From Ylistrum balloti (Eukaryota): 64,000 nucleotides of DNA. Position numbers and translations under genes: made by a program. The stretch lies in the NCBI RefSeq assembly GCF_031769215.1, contig NW_026782003.1:1-64000 (forward strand), read 5' to 3'. Shown here piece by piece: positions 13,613 to 26,500 of the stretch. Within the stretch, counting starts at the first letter, position 1; the number at the start of each line of letters is the position of its first letter. The notes below the pieces were generated by a model, which was not told the origin of the DNA, did not search any database, and saw only the letters and a program-made list of their open reading frames with translations.

Positions 13613-15097
13613 ATTAAGACGTACAAGAAAGATTATCCACAAGTTGAAATACAGACTAGTTTAGTAATCAAACAGCTGAAGTTACAAGTATTATGTCACA
13701 AATGATTATGAACTCAGTAAAACTCTCAACTATCTGACTTTTTTGTTGTCCTGCAATATAATTTACATAAGGTACCCGTGTCAGCTGTATTAGTGGGAGA
13801 TGAACCGTGAATGAATAAATAAACCTGATTTTTTGGCTTTCATGACGAAAATTGTAATTTGCTATTTGAGTCGTTTTGATAATAAAAAAAATCATCTCAC
13901 ATCTTGAATAATTTCTAAATCTCTGAAGCCAGAAATTCAAATAACCCTGGCCTTCAACTGATTAACAGCATAAATGAACTGTTTATACTTGTATCTGGTT
14001 TCAAGCAACAAGTCCAACTTATTTCATATGAGAGCTGAACAACACAATATAATATTAAGCTTTCCCTAATGAATGTACACAATTGTGACTACACGTTTGG
14101 TTTATGAGCTGACCGATTTATCTAATAGAGAATCCTAGTTCTTAGTTGAGTATCATTGTACTACCCATTAATCTATCTGAGTACTGTTAAGTTATCTGTC
14201 AAAACTTTTTAACCTTCCCTACCATGACATGTAGTTTTAGGAAAAAGGAAACTGATATTGTTTCTTCATAATATACTAGCAGTATTTTTTGGCATTTTTT
14301 TTCAAATAGAAATATATATCTTTAACCGGATATTGGATAATAGATATGATTATCCTATTTATGCATTTGGCTTTTGTTCTTGTTTTCCTGAAACAACCTA
14401 TTGAAGTACTGTCTAGACTAGAGGTTTGCAACAATGGTGACAGTCTACATATATTTTGTTTAAAACAACACTGTGTTTTCCCAATTTTTCTCATTTGGAC
14501 CTCCCTAAAATAAGGATCAGCTTTCTAATTCATTCTTGAATCTTAACAAGTGTATACAAACAGGTTGTTTTTTTTTTGTTTTTTGTTTTTTTTGAAAAAG
14601 GTGTGGTCAAACTCATTCAATGTTACAACTGTAAAAATGGAATTGTTGAGAACGCTTTTATATACTACACTGTAGTAATTATCAGCTGAGAACAATTACA
14701 ATTTTTAACAGAATTATAATATTTATGCTCACAATTCTATAATATTTAAGCTCAAGAAGTGTATTTACATGTTCTACCATACAGAGAGCATATTCCTAGC
14801 TTGCTCACACACAGTTTACAAAATCATTCAAGTAATTAAGACAGTTTCTTCTTGATGCATCATCACAAATATTACTTTGTTATTGTCACTCAATCACACT
14901 TCACTTTCGATTCTATTTCAAAATCTACAGGGATTTTCCTCATCACTACCACATCAGTTTATGATGAACACACTTTTAGTAAGTTGATCCGGTTTTTTCT
15001 CAGTCTGTTTGTATTAGATTTTACATATCCTTTCTCATCACACAAACTATTTTTAGTTATATATTAATAAGTAAATGTTCTTCATCGTCGTCTTCTC

Positions 15098-18000
15098 TTA
15101 TTCCTTCTTGCTTGGTGTTTTCATCGGGTTAGTCCATACTCTCATGTCTGTAACCAAATCAGATATTTCTGTCAATAAATATCCGAACTTCAATAACCTC
15201 AACATCAATAACCGTACTTTCAGAAACATTTCTGGTTAAGATGATAGAAAAACATTCTGATACCATGTGGTCTCCTAAAACACTGAGTCAAATTTCATAT
15301 ATACATCTGTTTATCCAGCAAACTGTTTATAAAGATGCACAAACTTGTTTCTATTGAAATAAAAGTGACTTATGTTAAAAATTGTTGATATCCATAAAAA
15401 TTACTGAGAAAACCAACACTTGAAGGCCATCTAATTATAACACAACTGCTGAAACATGAGCAGCAAAGGTTGACGCATGTTATCAGATGTATGGTATCTT
15501 CATTTAAACATTATGTCATACTGTCTAGGTAATTAGGTTTGCTTGATGTTTTGGCCAATGATTTCTGTTTTGTGATATTCTTCGTGACAGAGCACATTAT
15601 GAGCGATACAGTGTTACCTAGCCAGTGTGACAGACAGTATTGGTACAATATATCTCAAAGTGTTATTCACATCAAGACCATCATACCATACTGACCACCA
15701 TGCTTAAATGTATCATACAATACTGACCTTTAAATTATATCATACAATAGTTACATAAACACCAAGAACATACATGCAAACTATACTGATATTTAGATAA
15801 TAAATCACACAACACACTTACCTCCAGGTTGTATCTTTTCTTGGTCATATCCTGCTCTAGCTTCTTTCTGTATTTCTTCTGAAAAATCATAAATGCAATG
15901 TTTTAAATTTACTTATTTTTATTGTGACTGTCAGATCACTACTACAGTTCTAAGCAATCTAAAAGCATTGCATAGTCATTCAATTCAACCTCATCTATAA
16001 ACAAGTACATATTGTGTCAAAACATGTTGGATTATTGTTTCAGTAATAATATTTCCATGGCTGCTACATTTGTATATCAAACCTAAGGCAGTAAGGCCTA
16101 CATGTACATCTGTTGTGGAGCAGACATCTGTCTATCAGCCACAAGAGGTAGTAAAATATTTTCATAAATTTTAGTATTCTGCAAAGCATAACACAAACCT
16201 TTTTATATATCCAGATAATGCAACATCTTAACACTTATTTAATCTAGTCCTTTGTTCTCAACATTATAATAACAAAATGTCCTGCTGAATTCCAATGTAA
16301 GCAGAGATCACAAGGAGGTGACCTGCAGCCAAGCCAGCCTTCTGATGTCATCTCAAAGAAAATGCTCATTTTTGTTAATGTTTTTCAATAACGATGGCCA
16401 AATAAAGGTGAAAGAGTGCAAGATTCCAAAGTATTGCAAATTTTTCCATGGAATTAATTAATAAGGACAATACTCTGGTGCTGAATCAGTTATAATTTTT
16501 TTTAAAAAAAAGTAACTTTACGTAAGCTGCTATTCATTAATTTCAGTTGAAAGAACTACCAGTAACCACCCTATTTAGTCAAGATCAGGTACCTAATCAC
16601 CTTCCATATATAGTACAAACCTGGCCCTTAATCACCATCCATATACAGACCAGATCTGGCCCTTAATCACCCTCTATTTATAGTCTAGATCTGACCCTTA
16701 ATCACCATCGATATACAGACCAGATCTGGCCCTTAATCAACCTCCCAATACAGTCCAGATCTGACCCTTACTTACCATCCATATACAGACCAGATCTGAC
16801 CCTTTATCACCCTCCCAATACAGTCCAGATCTGACCCTTACTTACCATCCATATACAGACCAGATCTGGCCCTTAATCACTTTCCCAATACAGTCCAAAT
16901 CTGACCCTTAATCACCCTCCCAATACAGTCCAGATCTGACCCTTACTTACCATCCATATACAGACCAGATCTGGCCCTTAATCACCCTCCCAATACAGTC
17001 CAAATCTGACCCTTAATTACCCTCCCTTTGGGCCAGGTGAGTTAGAAATGCAAACATTGATACAAACTTCCATAAGGTTTCAGAGTGTGTATCAATACTG
17101 GATTTGTATTGGTGTAATTATTAACTGATATCATACATTACTCAAAATCCTGAAAGTTAGCCCTTGTTGCCTTACAAACAGCGTCTATACCTATATGAAC
17201 TTGATTCAAGCAGAAATGTCTTGATGTTTACTGGGCTGTTATAACATTTATCATCTGATGTTAGTGTGCTGATGGCTCCTTTCATAAATTTCTTGTCGTA
17301 CTGGGTAAACATTTAACACTATTGGAGTAGATGTTTACATGCTTTAGTTTCATTTTGTCTGACAAAAATGAATAGAAAGAACAGATTTTAGTTTTTGACT
17401 AGATAATGAAATAATGAAAACAGCTATTTGACATTTACGTCACATGGGCTCAGTTCCTTGATTGTGAGTATTCAGTATCTTACATTCTCTGAAAGAATAC
17501 CAGTCGTTCCATATCACAATTGGTCTGTACTACTCTTTTCATACCAAGCGTTTGGTTGTTATGTACCAAAACTGATGGTCAGTTAAAAAGTATTCCGAAG
17601 CCAAGTCGATATGTATCACCATATATCTTTACCAAAACAAATGTTGGAGTAGTTACATGACAAATAATGAAGTGAATTTGTAACCTCCCTTCACTGGATC
17701 AAAGATTTTATACAAAGCACTGGGTAAATACACAAGTGTGTATGCTGTTCACTAAAATCATTCTGCCCCTGTGCTGATTTGGACCAAACTCATCGCCGAT
17801 GGACAACGTTCAGTTTGCTTTCAATCTTTATTCACGTTAAATGATATACAATAGAAGACTTGTACATGCAGGATATAACACATAAATCATGTGATTTACT
17901 GTCTGACTGTCGTGTTAGACCCATTATGAATGTGGTAAAAAAGCTGACACCAACATAAAACTTAGATTGACAGTTATTGTGTTACATAGTAGATTTATCA

Positions 18001-19891
18001 TTACAAATCAATGTCATTATCTCACAATAAATTCCTACATAGATTTGAATGGACCTATTGCAAAGAATTGAAAACAAAACAGCCTAAACAAGGGAATTCC
18101 CATTTTTTCTAGGAAAGAAGAAAGTTAAACAGTCACAGTAATTCAATCAATCAACTTATACCTGACATATGAACTTGTGAAGACACAAAAACATTTTATA
18201 AACATCTCTACTAACACTATGACAGGCCAATCTCATCGAAAACAAAACAATGTTGGAGCGATATTGATGTAACTGATGTGGGAACTCCATCCCTGCATCT
18301 TCTGTTTTTAAATCTCTTCTCTGTACTAACCATTCAAGGGAGGAAACTCTGCTATGACTTCTCTCGAAAACTGTATGCTCTACTGTATGCTCAGCTTATT
18401 TTTAGTTTTGTAATTAAAAAAAAACTCGCAGACAATGACTCCTGAACCAACATTAAATGCAAAATATATTTTGAGCTCAAAAACATAAGGAAACACCCTA
18501 AAACCGATCAAACAGTTCACATTCAATACACAAAATAAGATTCTTCACAAAAATTCTGCTGGGATTACAATTTTACTACCATACTTCATTTAGCTTATTT
18601 TCTGATGATTTTATAACTTGCACAAATATTTTTTTCTGTTCGACTTATAACAACGCAAATCTGTAATGATGTAATCAGGGCAGCATAAACATTATGTAAA
18701 TCAATCTTGCTGGATATATAACAAATTTCTGCAAAACAATTATCATTTGTTTGTTTAAATGGTAAATTGAGGTGTATGATTTCCATAAGAACACGAGTTG
18801 ATAATTTTGTATAGTTTTCTTCAAAATTATCCCATGAACTCTTTACTTGTGCAGAATATCCCTTTAAAGTATTTAATGTCAAATCTTTAAAGAACACTAA
18901 TGAAAATGTCTGGAAGACATAACGATATTTCCTACATTTCATCAACAAGAAGTTTTTTTTATCAAAAGCATGTAGACCATTTAAAAGAACAACAATGAGA
19001 AGTGAGTAGTTATGATTATTTTCGCCAAATACAATCTCTACCGCAATATACTCTGTGAGAGAATCAACGCAATCTATAACTAAAATCTGAGATATACATA
19101 TATGTCTTTAGTTATATACAATGTACCCCTATGATAAAATCAACAAACGTTCTGGAAACTACACCTATCTTATTCAGTTACGCTTACATATATGAAATTT
19201 TACGAAAATAAATACGACATAGAAAAACAATGGTATGTACCGACTAAAGATCTTGGTAGGAAACTGTGGTACAAATGACTTGTATGGACTGGTAATGGTA
19301 CGGAACTACTGGCACCCATCTGAAATCTTACGAAAATTGGACTATCGATCAAAGGGGGCTAACTCAGTGAATATGTTTATCATACAAATAATATCGTTTT
19401 AAGGAGTTGAACTAACCAGTATGGGTGCCAGTTAAATTAATGAAAACAAAATTGTTGGAATGATAGACATATTCACTGAGTTAGCCTACTGAGGCGTATA
19501 TGTATAAAAAGAATATTATAGTGTTGTGGTAAAATAACCAGTTAATACTTAACTGATGTCCTTCATTATTGAAAATCTCCAACCCGAGCCCACGTGGTTT
19601 ACGTAACTTCTGTATATCGACAGCTTTCAATGTATCCAAATATGCATGTATCTATTTACATTACACACACACGTGTATGCATATTATAGTTGTATTTGAG
19701 TTCTTGCATTGACAGCTTGGTAAAAAAAACTTACGCCACTTCGTAGGGTCGATCATTGGTTGAATAACAGTTGGATACAAAAATAATGCGAGCGTTCCAA
19801 AGAGGCCTCCCACAAGTGTTGCGAACTTATATCCGACCATTTTATGCTTCTGGGGTTTTTTGAAGCGCTGTGTCTTTGGTCGGCCGGCCAT
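15098..19891 (-). CDS. SMIM20: Small integral membrane protein 20 (MITRAC7 / phoenixin precursor-like), 3 exons, 87 aa
   Basis: Exons 19891..19735, 15878..15822 and 15147..15098, all GT-AG and phase 1. Protein: MAGRPKTQRFKKPQKHKMVGYKFATLVGGLFGTLALFLYPTVIQPMIDPTKWQEIQKEARAGYDQEKIQPGDMRVWTNPMKTPSKKE. It has one TM helix followed by YP...P, and the C-terminal RAG..QE..QP...VW..P pattern of SMIM20. Confidence 0.88.
16567..17026. repeat. 35-bp minisatellite, ~13 units with alternating A/B variants, in SMIM20 intron 1
   Basis: A: CCAGATCTGGCCCTTAATCACCCTCCCAATACAGT; B: CCAGATCTGACCCTTACTTACCATCCATATACAGA. Confidence 0.9.
19357..19486. mobile_element. MITE-like 130-bp element bounded by 25-bp inverted repeats
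   Basis: GGCTAACTCAGTGAATATGTTTATC (19357..19381) and GATAGACATATTCACTGAGTTAGCC (19462..19486) are 24/25 complementary. No clear target-site duplication. Confidence 0.6.
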
Positions 19892-19912
19892 GGTCAACCT
19901 TGTTTAGTAATA

Positions 19913-19921
19913 ACCGGAAGT
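19913..19921. promoter_or_regulatory. ETS/GABP-type motif ACCGGAAGT just upstream of the SMIM20 start codon
   Basis: Consensus CCGGAAGT about 22 bp upstream of the ATG at 19891. Function is inferred only. Confidence 0.4.
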
Positions 19922-22900
19922 AAACAAAAACACATCGTTCTTTCAGACTAAAACGCGGATAAATATGACATGATTACGCGAAATACTTGTTTGCTCTTGT
20001 TTTCAGCATACATGCGAATAAAAAAAGGAGACATGTTTATTGTAATGAAAATCCAAGCCTACGTTATTTCAATTATCTTCCTCGTTGTCAGCCTTCTCGA
20101 TTGCACAGTGAGAATCGAAGGGAAATAACTCTGACAGACCAAAATGCTTGGCATTGCCTTGATATTAATCTTTTCTTTTTTTAGCGGCTGTCGATGAGCT
20201 CTAGTATTTTCTTTATCAATGTAATGCGAGTGACTAAGGCCTCTGTTCTCGTACGGGTTTACCATTACACTTCTTTCAATCTTGTAAATTTTCCCGAGCC
20301 ATAAACATTTGTAAAATGTATATATTTTGTATGTTCTTAAGCATTTCAGAAGTGCCCAGAACAGCACTCTAAAAATGTGTAAATATTAGGAGTGTCAGTG
20401 TATAGGTGACTCTGACTTCCTTATGATGACTAAGAATTCTACGTGACAACTCATTTAATAGTTTTCGAAAAGATTCTCTTCACCTCTTTATCACTAGCCA
20501 AACTATATGACTTTTTTCCATTATTTAAAGAAAGTTTCTTGTATTGTTCGTCATCTTCAAGACAGAATGTCGAATCATGAAGCTCTTTTAAGTCAGGGTT
20601 AAGTTCTAAGGAACTGCGTCGTTATTTCATAGATAAATTCAATAGATACGGAGACAAAGAACCCCCTTGTCGAACCCCTCTTATTTAAATAAAAACTTGT
20701 TATGTGACCATAATTACAAATACGAATTCAAATATTTTTGTGAAAAAAAAACAGACTGTATCCACTTTCTGATGAGAGACAAAAATCATTGAAAAGTTAA
20801 AGTTTATTTCATAAAATTCCGTTCCAGAGAGCCGATTTTTTTTTAAATAGGCAGTCTTTTTAATGGTCTTGTCTGTGAATTTGTGAATAAGGTGCGTATG
20901 AACCATTTTTGAGTATCACTGATTCAATTTTGTAATGTAGATTTTGTTCTATTTGCAATACTTGTTATGCAATTTCATTGTCCATATTTAATAAAGATAT
21001 TGATCTCGATTTCTTAACTGTAATTTTGACTTTCCTTTAAAGGAATGCAGTTACTTACTTATTGCCTCTGAAAAAAAGAAAGATAATTTATAAAGGGGTT
21101 TATGTATATTATTGAAATAAACTGAAGAAATTCAAAAATTTCAATTTTGTTCAACTACATTTGTGGAATGGGTGTCACGAGGAAAAAAGATATCGTAGTT
21201 GTTTTTACACTTGTCAAAAAATGTCAATTTTTATAGAACGATGCAAGTCCGCGGCACTAATGCAGCCACTTTTCATTAACGCCAAAATGAACTTTACATT
21301 ATTGTTAAGGAAGCTATAAGAAAGCACTAAACTCGAAAGATAACATTGATTTTTTTTCAAAGTGTCTTAAAAATAGCATGTGTGTGTGTTTTCTCAAACT
21401 AGATACATATATCTACACGTTAGTATTTGTCAATTTTATGTAAGATTGAATGCAAGACCAACTCAGCAATGAAGACGTTGTATTCAGGAAGATAAATTGG
21501 TCAGAATCTCTCAAATGTAGGATGTAGAATGTCCAGGATGATGCCTCTTTACATGGACCGGATTACCCGCCTTAGTACTATTTTCCTTCGTTCCATATTT
21601 TAGTATACCTTCATGCCGTGTCGTATCAGTTCGTAGCTTATAGACTATATGTCATGCACTTTAAACAGGAAACTATATGAACAGGATATCAAATTTACGG
21701 TCAAAATCTGCTTTCTAGAACATTGCTTTAGCAGTACTATTTAATAGTTAATGTATATGTTCAGTTCAGTCGAATATGTTCACCTATAACTGTGATCTCA
21801 TATCAATGCTTGACGGTTTACTTTGTAGGTCAGGATGATTTTGACCAATCGATAGGTCGGTCGGATGTTCACTATCCGACATGTGAAAAATTCAGCTTGC
21901 TGATCATTTGCATGTTTTGCTGGTTCAAAACGGTTTCTATTTTCAACCTTTTTGAATTTCCAAACAGAATACCTCTTTTACACTTCATGATTGGTTGGAA
22001 TAATGTCATGTAATTTCCAATTGAATGTCACGATTTACTAAGTATTTCTGAAAATACAAATGTAGATTAATTTCTACATGATAATATTAACTCTCCGACG
22101 ACCGGAACTTACATGATAACAACAATTTAAAAAGCAACTATTGTAGCAATATTCAATGTTACAGAGTCAACCAACAACTTACAATCAAGACAATTTTGAA
22201 AGTCCCCCTGCATTATCTATAAAGGCACCATATTTCAAACAACTGAAAGAGTGTGACAAGTTCACATTTTTTATATGGACAGGAAATCAAAATATTTTGA
22301 TTCACAATTAACATTTGCTGCCTTTTGATGTGACGTCTTGAACACAAGTTTCGAATGCACCGACAGAGTGATTAATATTTACCTCTTCAACTAAAGGAGG
22401 ACATATCAAAAATCAGAATCTAATCCTGTGAATAACATAACGGTACAAGGTCCAGGAGTCCATGGTATATCTTGTACACACAACCTTTGCACGTACTAAC
22501 ACACAAGCAAACTGATATCATCAAAGGCCATCATTTGTTATATATAACAATTTACAAGATGTTAAGGTCTAACATTAAACTGAGAGTTTTTTACATGTAG
22601 ATAATCACCATGCAGTTGGTTGCTTCATAGAATAAGACTGCATATAACTAACAAAGCAAAATATAAAGAATTAAAAAAAATATGAAAGAGACATTATCAT
22701 GATTGTGTGTATGTGTAGAATATGTAATTGTGTCAATAATTTGATAAGCAAAGCAAAACTAAGAAGACGCGTCTCAAAATCACAAACCAATAAATCAGAC
22801 ACTAACTGATGAGTACAGTAATATAATCCTTTGGTAAGCTAACAATAAGGTGAGAGCTTTAATTAAGTTGGTTAGTCACTACAACACCCTTATAGTTAAG

Positions 22901-23526
22901 ATCATGCTGTTTGTATGGTTGGTTAGTTACAGGTTTTCCGTCTCTGCGACTCATCCAGTTGCCTGGTATTGTCTCACCGACATACATCCGTGTTCTGGCG
23001 ACAATATCGATACAACATCGTAAATCAGCACAACTCCGTTAATATGTCATTATGTGATGCGTTTAAGTCAAAGTATGACCACTTTCTAACATGTCTTTCG
23101 GACGATCATCCGTCATGGAATCAGCGACCATTTTCAATGGACGTGGTCATGCCGTAAAAAAGTAAAACCAGAAAGCTAAATACCATTTATCCACGACAAA
23201 ATGTTTCTGCGTGCTACTTTGAAATAAACACATCTGGGGTCTGATGCTCCCGCCAAAAGACTATTCAGTCGAATACATACAAAGCTTATATAAACAACAA
23301 TATGGTGTCTGTTGTTTATCTTCGTCATAGTGGGTGATAAAAATGACCTATCAAATGTACACCTCATTGAATTCATAAGGAATTTCGTCATATGTTAAAA
23401 ACTGTTGTTTCATTACACACGCATCCGAATAAAATACAATTTTAAAAATATTTGTCACACAATTTATATGCACCATACTGGAGACTAAGTTGTGTCTCAT
23501 GTTTAAGACAGCAGGTGAAGGTAAGT

Positions 23527-26500
23527 TCAGCTCCTTTTTTCAAACTTGATCCACAAGCCTTCCTCAACTGGCATGTTTCCGAATTTACTGAGCTTTGGTG
23601 GGCACTGTAATCAGAAGCAAAATTGAAACCACCAAGAAATTTATATAGAAAAATACACGTGTACTTATATAAATGATCTTCTTGAAAACCAAGTCTTTCG
23701 AGACAAAGGTTGGTGTTTTGGACAAAGAGCATTTATTTTCCAGTATGAAGCAAAGTACAGATATGTTTGTAATACAAGAAAAGCTTAACATTTTTCTGTC
23801 TGAACACTACTAACTCGCTTTCCACCTGTTGATGCAGGAACTAAAGCATAGACAACATTGATGTGTGTGTAACAGTAACGATAAAATTCACTTACATGTA
23901 TGAGGGGGAAATGTTACAAATCCAATAAATGTACACTGCTTCTTCTGGTTTTATCTATTTTTACAATTTTAACGGCGTCAGATGTACACACGGCTATTAG
24001 CAAGAGACCTTATCATTGGTGTTCGTGTTTAGTATGTTGTCCAATAAAACATAAACATAGACAATGTTCGCTTATCGCTGACGTTACATGGCATAATTAC
24101 CAATATATGACAACAAGTCACAAATGCTAACACCATGATCTCATTAAGATTAACTGTTAATGTTTCATAAACTTAAAGATATGTATGCCTATAGTTATTT
24201 TAGTTCCTCAAAAGTGCAAATATGACGTCATCTATTTCCAAAACGCATATAAAATCTTCATCTTTTCACTCGTTTACAACGAATCGATTTCAGTATAACT
24301 TACATCAGTTTTTGCAGACCGGATTGGTCTGAAAGCCTGCAGGACTGCAGCAATGCACATTTTCTGTTCCATTAAAGCAAGTCTCATACCAATACAGTTA
24401 CGGGGCCCTGCTCCAAAGGGGAGATATGTGTAAGGGTCCCTGGCAGCTTTGGCTTCCGCTGTGAACCTAACAAGAAGAAAGAGTAATGGTACACTTAGGT
24501 GGGAACACTTTCTGATCAACTGACATCAAAATTATACAGTCATCCGATGGCTCATCGCAAATTCCATAAATACGGTGGAAGATTGTACAAAAGGCACTTG
24601 TGAATAGCACCATTTAATACGAATTAGATACAACAAGATATATACAGTAGAGCCAAATAATCAATTAAACTACATCATACATCTGTCTTGTCTTGGCCTA
24701 AGTTTCAACTTTAGGCGGCGACCGAGGAGAATTCAAAATGATCGAAAGAAATGTCAAAATATAAAATAAGGTTACGGTTAATCAATTTCACAATACATAC
24801 ATGTTCCTCGTCACATATCTTAAGTGTTTATGTCAAAGTCAGGCAGGTTGCTAGCTATTCGCAAACTTGTGATTATCAATATAACTGGTATCACTAGTGA
24901 TCTGAAGGAATTGTTCAATCTTTTTTTTAGATATCATCACCATCACTAATCTGAATAATCTTATACACCATAACTACAAATCATCATGTATGAAAGTATA
25001 ATACAGATTACTACAACGGAAATTCATAAACAACATTTTTTTTTCTTTTTTTTAAGGGCAAATTCTACAGGTTTTGAAAAATGAATTTACAAACGAAATT
25101 CAAATTCGAAACAGAAGACTCAGAATATAAATGGCATGGGTGTTTAATACAAATAAAAAAAAAGAAAGGAAAACATGATCTTGTGGAACAAATTATGAGA
25201 CATTATTATTTATAACATCTATGTTATGCAAACGCAATAACTAAATAGATTATTATTGCTTGTCCAGGTAAACCACAGGGGTTCTCAGCAATAAATTCAC
25301 GTGTAATTAAACTAAAGAACAAAACATGAATATGAAACATGAAGCTAGATAATCATAGTGGTGGTGTTTGCGGTACATATGAGGTCAGATGTCACACCTT
25401 TCTGGATCAAACTTCTCCGGGTCAGTCCAGTATTCAGGGTCCATTTGAATTGCTCCTATTGGTATATTCACAATCATGTCGTTAGGGATCTTCACGTTGC
25501 CAATGACAACATCTTGATTGGCTACACGCTCAATTCTAAAAGCAAAATTACGTATGAAGGGTTATATTACGTTTCAATCTGTTTTATCAAATTTTATGGG
25601 CATTCAAATTGTTGATAAAAGTATGTATTCACAGTGACACCGACATTTTAATCACTCGTTGAATTAACATTTGAAAACTTTCTGATTTCCTCGCTATACA
25701 TACAGATTTTTTAAAGATGACGATATAGAACAAACTGAAACAAAGTTCCTGGCGTGACATTACAGCTATAACGGTATAATACGCTAATTTTATTGATCAA
25801 ATACCAGTTTACCAGAAGTAGCTAGGGCCATCGGAATTTTTTGAGGTAGAAATTGGTTATGAAATCGATTATATATGGCTAACTCAAATGGCAGTTATAA
25901 CATATATAGACAGAATACCCTGCTAACGGATATTATCCATATACTTTTCGGATTATTTCGACATCATTAAATATTATACCAGATGGAATGTGCATTTTTG
26001 TTTTCACTGTTAAATGATAATAATGAAGGTTTGTTTTCCTAAACATATTCATATAGTCGATGGCAGATTACCGTAAATATGTAGACATACGATATATTCA
26101 TCATTGATACACACATATATCTACCTTGTACATTGGTACAATTAATTTCCAATAAATTTCCATCACATTCAAGGACAAGAAATCCTAAAAAAAATATGGA
26201 TGTATATGATCAATAATCTTGGTTTAGTTTTAAAGATTACTGTATACACGAACTATTTTCGTCAGCGAAGAAAACATTTGATTTTCACCAAGATATAAAC
26301 TCACCTCAGAATACAAAATTGTACACTTTTCTTCCATAAGTCAAACAACATTCTATAGGCAAAAGTAATAACCGCGGCGATTATTTCACCAGTCATCCGT
26401 ATCTCTACGCATTGATAATCGATAAAGTTTTTGTCTTGACTAACTTACAATGCTATTCTTACCTGAATCCAGGTGGAAATATTCTCAGTGTCTCCTCGAT

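Noticed and set aside
13232-13705. 157-aa ORF as an independent gene
   Set aside because: Only short internal stretches resemble laccase and the best-conserved part is in another frame, so it is treated as a pseudogene remnant.
17480-17900. Possible decayed coding block in SMIM20 intron 1
   Set aside because: Stop density is about random and no family motif is recognisable.
22940-23160. Minus-strand YVGET resembling a GIY-YIG nuclease motif
   Set aside because: It is a single short motif without the surrounding conserved residues; at most an unidentifiable TE relic.
23176-23391. Alternative last CYP exon (IRLNSLLAGASDPRCVYFKVARR)
   Set aside because: There is no phase-0 acceptor; 23604..23527 ([25 protein letters not shown]) fits both phase and homology.
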